The notes below the pieces were generated by a model. That model saw only the letters and a list, made by a program, of their open reading frames with translations. It had not been told where the DNA came from and searched no databases. A DNA stretch of 10,473 nt from Archangium sp. (lineage in GTDB: Bacteria; Myxococcota; Myxococcia; Myxococcales; Myxococcaceae). A program made the translations under genes and the position numbers. The stretch lies in assembly GCA_031367385.1 (NCBI GenBank), contig JANLPS010000205.1, positions 1-10,473 of the forward strand. The letters are read 5' to 3'. Below are positions 1-10,473 of this stretch, in pieces (position 1 is the first letter of the stretch; every line of letters starts with the position of its first letter).

Positions 1-4490
<4,490 letters not shown>

Positions 4491-4518
4491 CGATCTCCGG
4501 GGCTGGCTGCTCCGGCGG

Positions 4519-4524
4519 ACACTA
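4519..4524 (-). promoter_or_regulatory. Candidate -10 element (TAGTGT) for the kinase-STAND gene
   Basis: The minus strand reads TAGTGT (TAnnnT pattern) ending 28 nt upstream of the ATG. No convincing -35 is seen. Confidence 0.25.
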
Positions 4525-4845
4525 CCGCCAAACCTCGCACAGCGAGGCCCCAAAACCCGGTGCCTGGGGGCCGTGACGGCGAGAGTTGGCTCAGCGCATG
4601 GTTCGACAAGCTCACCATGAGAGTTTGCTTGTTCCCTCAGAGTGATTTTCTCGGTGGTGGTGAAAAATAAGCCCCACAACCAGCAAAGTCATCGAGCAAC
4701 GAATTCGCTCGGAGCGAGGTCGGTTCGGCGAACCAGAACCGCGGGACGCCGCAAAGTGCCCGTCAACCATCTTTGTGACCTCAAAATCGAGTGAAAGACG
4801 GGTGCGCCGATTCCAGTTGGTGGGGTACGGGTCGGTCACCGAAAG

Positions 4846-4858
4846 CGTCAAATTGACG
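4846..4858. promoter_or_regulatory. Palindrome CGTCAAATTGACG giving a TTGACG -35-like hexamer on both strands
   Basis: CGTCAA-A-TTGACG is an inverted repeat about 73 nt upstream of the purL ATG, in the divergent intergenic region. Matching -10 boxes are weak. Confidence 0.3.
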
Positions 4859-4931
4859 TCATCTCCCGCGCTGCGAACAGGGTCGCCCAGAGTTGTCGCA
4901 TCGAGGGCAGGAGCCTACTAGACGCACTTCA

Positions 4932-7145
4932 ATGAGCCAGTCGCCTGAAGTCATCGCGCAGCACGGCCTGAAGCCAGACGAGTACGAGCGCATCGTGGGC
5001 CACCTGGGGCGAGCGCCCAACCTGCTCGAGCTGGGCATCTTCTCGGTGCTCTGGAGCGAGCACTGCTCGTACAAATCGTCTCGCAAGCATCTGAAGAACT
5101 TTCCCACCACGGGGCCCAATGTGTTGGTCGGCCCGGGTGAGAACGCGGGCGTGGTCTCGATTGGCGACGGCGACGCGGTGGCCTTCAAGATGGAGTCGCA
5201 CAACCACCCCTCGTACATCGAGCCCTACCAAGGGGCTGCGACCGGCGTCGGTGGCATCATGCGCGACGTGTTCACCATGGGTGCAAGGCCGATCGCCAAC
5301 TTGAACTCGCTGCGCTTCGGCAAGCCCTCGCACCCCAAGACCAGGTGGCTGGTCGAAGGCGTGGTGTCGGGCATCGCGGGCTACGGCAACTGCATGGGCG
5401 TGCCGACCGTCGGCGGAGAAGTGGCCTTCGACGAGTCGTATGACGGCAACTGCCTGGTCAACGCGTTCACGGTTGGCGTGGTGAGGGCCGATGGCATCTT
5501 CAAGGGCACCGCGGCCGGCGTGGGCAACCCGATTCTCTACGTGGGCTCGAAGACCGGTCGAGACGGCATTCACGGCGCGACCATGGCGTCGGCCGAGTTC
5601 GACGAGAGCTCAGACGAGAAGCGGCCCACCGTGCAGGTCGGAGACCCCTTCACCGAGAAGCTCTTGCTCGAGGCCTGTCTCGAGCTGTTCAAGACCGACG
5701 CAATCGTCGGCATTCAAGACATGGGCGCGGCGGGGTTGACCTCATCGTCAATCGAGATGGCCGGGCGCGCGGGCAGCGGCATCGAGATCGACGTGGCGAA
5801 GGTGCCCAGGCGTGAACCGGGCATGACGCCGTACGACGTGATGCTCAGCGAGTCGCAAGAGCGCATGGTGCTGGTGGCCAAGCAGGGCCGTGAGCAAGAC
5901 GTACTCGACATCTTTCACAAGTGGGATCTGTCGGCAGCCGTCATCGGCAAGGTGACCGCGACGGGCCATGTGGTGATTCTCGACGACGGCCAGGTGGTCG
6001 CCGATTTGCCGGTTGATCCACTGACCAATGGCGCTCCGATGTACGACCGCCCGATGAAGCGGCCGGAGTGGCTCGACGCGAAGCAGCGCTTCGATGTCTC
6101 TTCGGTGCCCGCGCCCAAAGATCTCGGCGCCGACCTGGTCGCGTTGCTGGCCCAACCGACCATCGCCTCGAAGGAGTGGATCTACCGCCAGTACGATCAC
6201 CAGGTTCGCCTGGGCGGCGTGGTGTTGCCAGGCAAGGCCGATGCGGCAGTGGTGCGGGTCGAGCGTGGGCAGAAGGGGCTGGCGCTCTCGAGCGACTGCA
6301 ACGGCCGCTTCGTCTACTTAGACCCGTACGAGGGCGCCCGCCTGACCGTGGCTGAATGCGCGCGCAACGTCTCGTGCGTCGGTGGCGAGCCGCTGGGCCT
6401 CACCGACTGCCTCAACTTCGGCAACCCCGAGAAGCCCGAAGTGATGTGGCAGTTCGCTGAAGCGGTGCGCGGGCTGGCCGATGCATGCCGGGCGATGGGC
6501 ATCCCCGTGGTGTCGGGCAACGTCAGCCTCTACAACGACACCGACGGGAAGAGCGTGTTCCCGACTCCGAGCTGCGCGATCGTGGGGCTGATGCCTGACG
6601 TGTCGAAGGCCGTCACGATGACCTTCAAGAATGACGGCGACCTGGTGGCGGTGTTGGGCGCGACCAAGGGTCAGCTCGGCGGCTCGGAGTGGTTGCACAT
6701 GAAGGGGCAGACCGCCGGCTTGCCTCCGCGGCTCGACGTCGAGGCTGAGCTTGGGTTGCATCGGGTGTTGCGAGTGTTGGCGCGCTCGAGCCTGGCGTCG
6801 TCAGCGCACGACTGCAGTGAAGGTGGGCTCGGCGTCGCCTTGGCCGAGTGCTGCATCGGCGACGACACCGCAATGCGCGGAGCGGTGCTGACGGTCGAAG
6901 CGGGCAGCGTGCCGCCGCATGCGTTCTTGTTCGGTGAAGACGCTTCGCGGGCGGTGATCTCGTTCGCGTCGGGCAAGCGGGCCGAGGTCGAGAAGCTCTG
7001 CAAAGAGCACGGTGTGCCGTTGGCGGTGGTCGGCGCAGTCGGCGGCTCGTCGCTCGAAGTCAAAGGGCACCTCAAGGTCGAGCTGCCGGTCCTCTCGAAG
7101 TCGTGGCGCGGCGGCATACCCCGGTTGATGGGCATCGCCCAGTGA
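4932..7145 (+). CDS. purL: Phosphoribosylformylglycinamidine (FGAM) synthase subunit PurL, small type (~737 aa)
   Basis: Hallmark motifs [108 protein letters not shown] and HDCSEGGL. There is no C-terminal glutaminase domain. ATG 4932 ([13 protein letters not shown]) is preferred over the TTG at 4893 because PurL homology begins right after it. Confidence 0.98.
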   Translation: MSQSPEVIAQHGLKPDEYERIVGHLGRAPNLLELGIFSVLWSEHCSYKSSRKHLKNFPTTGPNVLVGPGENAGVVSIGDGDAVAFKMESHNHPSYIEPYQGAATGVGGIMRDVFTMGARPIANLNSLRFGKPSHPKTRWLVEGVVSGIAGYGNCMGVPTVGGEVAFDESYDGNCLVNAFTVGVVRADGIFKGTAAGVGNPILYVGSKTGRDGIHGATMASAEFDESSDEKRPTVQVGDPFTEKLLLEACLELFKTDAIVGIQDMGAAGLTSSSIEMAGRAGSGIEIDVAKVPRREPGMTPYDVMLSESQERMVLVAKQGREQDVLDIFHKWDLSAAVIGKVTATGHVVILDDGQVVADLPVDPLTNGAPMYDRPMKRPEWLDAKQRFDVSSVPAPKDLGADLVALLAQPTIASKEWIYRQYDHQVRLGGVVLPGKADAAVVRVERGQKGLALSSDCNGRFVYLDPYEGARLTVAECARNVSCVGGEPLGLTDCLNFGNPEKPEVMWQFAEAVRGLADACRAMGIPVVSGNVSLYNDTDGKSVFPTPSCAIVGLMPDVSKAVTMTFKNDGDLVAVLGATKGQLGGSEWLHMKGQTAGLPPRLDVEAELGLHRVLRVLARSSLASSAHDCSEGGLGVALAECCIGDDTAMRGAVLTVEAGSVPPHAFLFGEDASRAVISFASGKRAEVEKLCKEHGVPLAVVGAVGGSSLEVKGHLKVELPVLSKSWRGGIPRLMGIAQ

Positions 7146-7170
7146 GCGCACGTAGGGTTCGGAGGTGGTC

Positions 7171-8379
7171 ATGAAAAGTCTGCTCATGGTCTTCACGCTC
7201 TGCGGGTCGATCGCATCGGCAGGGCCCGGTCTCGAGCCCTCGAACCCCAATGCGAGTGCCGCCGCTCGCCGCGTGTTGACGACGCTGGCGGGCTTACCCG
7301 ACCGGCCCACCCACCGATTGCTGAGCGGTCAAAACGTCGGCCACGGCCCTGAGGTGACGGCGGGGTACACGACGTGGGTCGTGAACCTCCACCGCGACAC
7401 CGGTAAGTGGGTCGGCGTCGTCGGCGCCGACTACGCGTTGGGCTCGCTCGACGACAAGTGGTTCGCGAGCGTCAACGCCATCGTGACCCAGCACTGGCAA
7501 GCGGGCGGCTTGGTCACGCTCTGCCTTTGTTCTCTGAACAACCCGGTCACGGGTGGCGACCACAACGACCGCTCATTTCATGACCTTCAGGCGATGGCGA
7601 CCCCGGGCACGAGCGCAAACGCGCAATGGCTGGTCATGCTCGACCGGGTCGCGGGTGCATTGGCCACGCTTCGCGACGCCGGCGTCGTCGTGTTGTGGCG
7701 GCCGCTCCACGAAATGAACTTGCCGAATTCAGCGTGGTGGGCCGATGAGCCGCCCGCGAGCTACGTCGCGCTGTGGCGGCAGATGCACCACTACCTCTCG
7801 GTCGACAAAGGCCTCGACAACCTCCTCTGGGTCTATGCCCCCAACGGCGTCGCTTACGACAACGGCACCAAGCCGCCAGCTGACTACTACCCTGGTGACG
7901 ACGTCGTCGATGTCGTGGGCCTCGATTGGTATTCTGATGAGCCGACGAAAATCGGCGCGGGCGGCTACGACGCGTTGATCGCCAAGGGCAAGCCTTTCGG
8001 CTTCACTGAATTCGGGCCCGACATCGCGAAGTCGACTACCGCGCACGACTTGCCGACGTTGCTCGACGGGCTTCGTGTCAACGCCCCACGGGCGGCCTTC
8101 TTCTGGGCCTGGCAGAGCTACGGCGGTCACCAGATGGCTCTTGTTTCGCATAAGAACGCGAAGAGCGCGCTCGAGCACGAATCGGTGATGAATTGCGACG
8201 ATCTCGACTTCGGCGCCGACGCAGGTCGCTGCCAAGCCCTGTCGTCACTGACTCCGACGAGCCCGGGGTGCGGCTGCCAGAGTGGTTTTTCGAGCAGTGC
8301 AGCCTGGCTCGCGCTGCTTCTGCTCGTGGTTCGAAAACGCGAGGTGCCACGAGTCGCGAGCACGGGGCGCGCGGGGTGA
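7171..8379 (+). CDS. Secreted glycoside hydrolase family 26 (beta-mannanase-like) with C-terminal MYXO-CTERM-like sorting signal
   Basis: GGAGGT RBS at 7161-7166 then ATG 7171, followed by signal peptide MKSLLMVFTLCGSIASA. GH26 motifs: WRPLHEMN (acid/base Glu 7711-7713), LLWVYAPN, YYPGDDVVDVVGLDWY, KPFGFTEFG (nucleophile Glu 8008-8010), FFWAW. The tail is GCGCQSGFSSSAAWLALLLLVVRKR. Confidence 0.92.
   Translation: MKSLLMVFTLCGSIASAGPGLEPSNPNASAAARRVLTTLAGLPDRPTHRLLSGQNVGHGPEVTAGYTTWVVNLHRDTGKWVGVVGADYALGSLDDKWFASVNAIVTQHWQAGGLVTLCLCSLNNPVTGGDHNDRSFHDLQAMATPGTSANAQWLVMLDRVAGALATLRDAGVVVLWRPLHEMNLPNSAWWADEPPASYVALWRQMHHYLSVDKGLDNLLWVYAPNGVAYDNGTKPPADYYPGDDVVDVVGLDWYSDEPTKIGAGGYDALIAKGKPFGFTEFGPDIAKSTTAHDLPTLLDGLRVNAPRAAFFWAWQSYGGHQMALVSHKNAKSALEHESVMNCDDLDFGADAGRCQALSSLTPTSPGCGCQSGFSSSAAWLALLLLVVRKREVPRVASTGRAG
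8266..8340 (+). other. MYXO-CTERM-like C-terminal sorting signal
   Basis: GCGC motif, short Ser-rich spacer, hydrophobic helix AAWLALLLLVV and basic cluster RKR match the tripartite MYXO-CTERM layout. Confidence 0.8.
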
Positions 8380-9407
8380 TCATCGCCTCTGCTCTGCTCG
8401 GGGCGGGCGCGCTCGTGGGCTTTGCATGGCGAGCCTTGTGGGTGGCCAATTGGCTGGTGGCCAAGGGGTACTCGACGGCCAGCCGGCTTTGCCTGCATTG
8501 GGTCGCCCCGTCTGTCTTCAAAGAACTGACCTTGCTGACGTGCGACCTGATCGAGGGCCAGACCGACGCGGGGCTGGCTCGAGTCGAGGGGCTCTTGGCG
8601 TGCTTACCGCAGTCGTCTGACACCTGGCGGCTGCTCATCAGCAACACCCTGTGCAACGTGCTCATCAATGCGGGGCGATACCGCGAGGCGCTCGCCCTAC
8701 GCCGAGGTTTGCGCACGACGATGCGCGCGTGCCCATCATCGGAGCCCAGCGGCCTCATCGTCGTGAACGCGGTCGAGGCGCTCTACAACCTCGGCCGTTG
8801 GCGCGCGGCCGAGCGCATCTGCACCTCGGCACTCGAGCAGAATGGGTATTCGGGCCTGGCGCTCGAAGGCATGCGGGTACAACTGGCGTGGATATACGCA
8901 CGCACGGCTCGACCTGACGACGCGGAGGCTCTGCTGGCGGTGACGTCGGGCTCCCGTTTTCCAGTGCTGTACCGTTCAGAGGTGCATTTCACGCTCGCGG
9001 CGGTTGCGCTCTCTCGCGGCGAATGCGGGGCAGCCCTGCGCTGTGTTGAGCAGGGCGCGCGCCTGGCGAAACGCGCGTCGTCAAAGCGAAATGCCGAATT
9101 TTTACGCGCCGAAATTCTGTTCGCCCGAGGTGATTTGCAGGCGGCTGAAGACGCGTTTCGCCGGGGCGCTCAGTCGGTGTACCGGGCGCAGGGCGGCGCG
9201 AGTCTCGCGCTTTGGGCCGATTGCCTGGTCGCGCTCGGGCGGCCCGATGAAGCGTCGAGAGTCGCGAAGCTGGTGGTCGAGCGTGACCCTCAAAGCGAGG
9301 CGGCCGCGAAACGCGCCAAGCACACCTCTCGCACCCGGGCATTTGACGCCGTGGTCGAGCCTGGCCCGCCTCCGGTTCTGCAAGACGCGTTGGTGGGTGA
9401 CATGTGA
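8376..9407 (+). CDS. Membrane-anchored tetratricopeptide-repeat (TPR-like) protein (~343 aa)
   Basis: GTG 8376 overlaps the GH26 stop as GTGA. N-terminal hydrophobic segment IIASALLGAGALVGFAW. TPR-like helical hairpins LINAGRYREAL, LYNLGRWRAAE, LSRGECGAALRCVEQG, LFARGDLQAAEDAF and LVALGRPDEASRVAKLVVERDP. Confidence 0.78.
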   Translation: MIIASALLGAGALVGFAWRALWVANWLVAKGYSTASRLCLHWVAPSVFKELTLLTCDLIEGQTDAGLARVEGLLACLPQSSDTWRLLISNTLCNVLINAGRYREALALRRGLRTTMRACPSSEPSGLIVVNAVEALYNLGRWRAAERICTSALEQNGYSGLALEGMRVQLAWIYARTARPDDAEALLAVTSGSRFPVLYRSEVHFTLAAVALSRGECGAALRCVEQGARLAKRASSKRNAEFLRAEILFARGDLQAAEDAFRRGAQSVYRAQGGASLALWADCLVALGRPDEASRVAKLVVERDPQSEAAAKRAKHTSRTRAFDAVVEPGPPPVLQDALVGDM

Positions 9408-9554
9408 AGTGCCACTCCTTGCTGGCGTCGTCGACACAGTGGCTGCCCCGACCTCGACACCTTGTTGCGGTGTGAAGTGCGGTGAACACGCCTGAATCGC
9501 GAAACCCTCGAGCCTGGCCACAAACCTCAAGCACTGCTGTACCGTCGCCCTGCC

Positions 9555-10151
9555 ATGACGACTTGGTCTTTCGCGGTGCTTCTTTTTGGCATTCTCGTTC
9601 AGGGCTGCACCTGTGCTTCGAGCGCGCCCCGCTTGTGCTCCGGAGTCAATTGCCAGGTATTGCCCGACCAGACGGCCTCGTGCCAGGGCGCAAGCTGCCT
9701 ATGCCAAGCCGATGCCGGGTGTGTGTGCGCTGGCAGCTCATGCACCATCGATTGCGTTCAAGCATGCAATCTCGCGTGCACCACAGGCAGCGGTTGCGCG
9801 GTGGCCGCGAACGATGATCTTTCTGTTTCGTGCGTCGATTCGAGTTGTCAGGTCGCGGGTGGCGAGAGAGCGAAGATCGGTTGCTCGTCAGCGACCTGTA
9901 CGGGCACCTTGGGTGCAGAGGCGCAGGCCGGCTGCGCGTCTGGCTCGTGCACGCTGACCGTGGGGCGTGGCGCGAAAGTTGGCTGCGCCGGGGGTACCTG
10001 CGACATCACATGCACCGACACATGCCAAGTGGGTTGCGCTCAGGGAGCGCGCTGTGTGTGCCGCGGGCTGGGGTGCACGTTGGGGTGCGCCGAGGGTTTT
10101 CATGACTGCGGCGCGGGGAAACAAGTCTGCAATCGTGAATGCACGCAGTGA
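9555..10151 (+). CDS. Cysteine-rich repeat putative lipoprotein (198 aa, 32 Cys)
   Basis: Hydrophobic N-terminus ends in a lipobox-like LVQG-C (Cys18, 9606-9608). Repeating C-x4/5-C units occur at 15-18 residue spacing. No clear RBS. Confidence 0.82.
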   Translation: MTTWSFAVLLFGILVQGCTCASSAPRLCSGVNCQVLPDQTASCQGASCLCQADAGCVCAGSSCTIDCVQACNLACTTGSGCAVAANDDLSVSCVDSSCQVAGGERAKIGCSSATCTGTLGAEAQAGCASGSCTLTVGRGAKVGCAGGTCDITCTDTCQVGCAQGARCVCRGLGCTLGCAEGFHDCGAGKQVCNRECTQ

Positions 10152-10402
10152 CGTTTCGAGCAGCGAAGCCGAAACCCCGTTTAGTCCGTCTCGAGGAGCT
10201 TCGCGCGGCATTGTACTCGAGGCTGGGTGAGGTCGATGAAATCGATGGCGCCGCTCACCTGCGAGGGGTCGTCGCCCCAGTCGCACTCACCGCAAGGGCT
10301 CGGCGCGTCATCGGCCACTGAATGGCGATTGAAGGGGCTCCAACGTCGAGGGCGGGTCGACCCAGTCGTGACCGACTCGAAATTGACATCGAGTGCGCCT
10401 GA

Positions 10403-10420
10403 ACCCAGTCATGACTGGGT
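10403..10420. promoter_or_regulatory. Perfect 18-bp palindrome ACCCAGTCATGACTGGGT, candidate operator; degenerate second copy at 10360-10377
   Basis: ACCCAGTCA|TGACTGGGT is self-complementary. ACCCAGTCGTGACCGACT at 10360-10377 matches 14/18. A consensus TTGACA (10383-10388) lies between the two copies. Confidence 0.55.
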
Positions 10421-10422
10421 AT

Positions 10423-10463
10423 CACCTTGATTCGAGGTGCTTTTGCCCGATTCGGCTTTTCTT
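10423..10463 (+). terminator. Possible intrinsic terminator-like hairpins
   Basis: CACCT-N7-AGGTG (10423-10439) is followed by CTTTT. A second short inverted repeat CCGA-T-TCGG (10447-10455) is followed by CTTTTCTTT. The stems are short, so the call is weak. Confidence 0.25.
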
Positions 10464-10473
10464 TCGAGGGTCG

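Noticed and set aside
4725..4765. GGCGAACC...GGGACGCCGCAAAG resembles parts of the c-di-GMP-I riboswitch consensus (GGCAAACC...GGGACGCAAAG)
   Set aside because: The GNRA-capped stem between the two motifs is missing and there is a 3-nt insertion before AAAG. Only an Infernal hit to the Rfam model would rescue it.
4612..4851. 79-aa minus-strand ORF in the intergenic region
   Set aside because: TTG start, atypical codon usage and no recognisable motif. It cannot be supported without homology or expression data.
4893..4931. Upstream TTG start for purL given by the ORF track
   Set aside because: The extra 13 residues show no PurL similarity, and ATG 4932 fits the usual small-PurL N-terminus.
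4929..7310. Minus-strand and off-frame ORFs overlapping purL
   Set aside because: They are shadows of a highly conserved gene with strong GC3 bias.
8193..8375. Longer 404-aa version of the TPR protein starting at TTG 8193
   Set aside because: It would overlap the GH26 gene by 187 nt with an Arg/Ser-rich off-frame sequence. GTG 8376 gives a clean GTGA overlap and an N-terminal anchor.
9555..10151. Cys-rich protein as multiheme cytochrome, ferredoxin or RiPP precursor
   Set aside because: There are no CxxCH motifs, no CxxCxxCxxxCP ferredoxin motif and no adjacent modifying enzymes. The export signal favours disulfides.
4850..10390. Shared AAATTGACRTC at 4850-4860 and 10380-10390, each near a GTCGGTCAC 9-mer in opposite orientation, as possible ends of a mobile element
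   Set aside because: The matches are short, spacing and orientation are inconsistent, there is no transposase or integrase, and the interval includes the core gene purL. Two independent -35-like elements explain it more simply.
10276..10420. Recurring CCCAGTC units as a mini CRISPR array
   Set aside because: The shared core is only 7-8 bp across three copies, spacing is irregular (85 and 43 bp), and no cas genes are present.

Overview
GC-rich bacterial DNA, most likely from a myxobacterium (Myxococcota), judged from a MYXO-CTERM-like tail, a Cys-rich lipoprotein and a multidomain Hanks kinase. The largest gene is absent from the ORF track because it runs off the left edge. It is a minus-strand ORF starting at ATG 4490 and open for at least 1496 codons to position 1. 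It encodes a Ser/Thr kinase, an unassigned ~290-aa region, an nSTAND1-type P-loop NTPase, a transmembrane helix and divergent WD40 repeats, i.e. a membrane-anchored NLR-like signalling or conflict protein. Divergent from it across a 441-bp intergenic region is a + strand run: purL (small-type FGAM synthase subunit), a secreted GH26 beta-mannanase-like enzyme with a MYXO-CTERM-like anchor, a translationally coupled membrane-anchored TPR-like protein, and a 32-Cys repeat lipoprotein. The right end holds a cluster of inverted repeats including a perfect 18-bp palindrome beside a TTGACA hexamer. No rRNA, tRNA, CRISPR array or mobile element was seen. All calls come from manual translation and motif recognition; no database searches were run.
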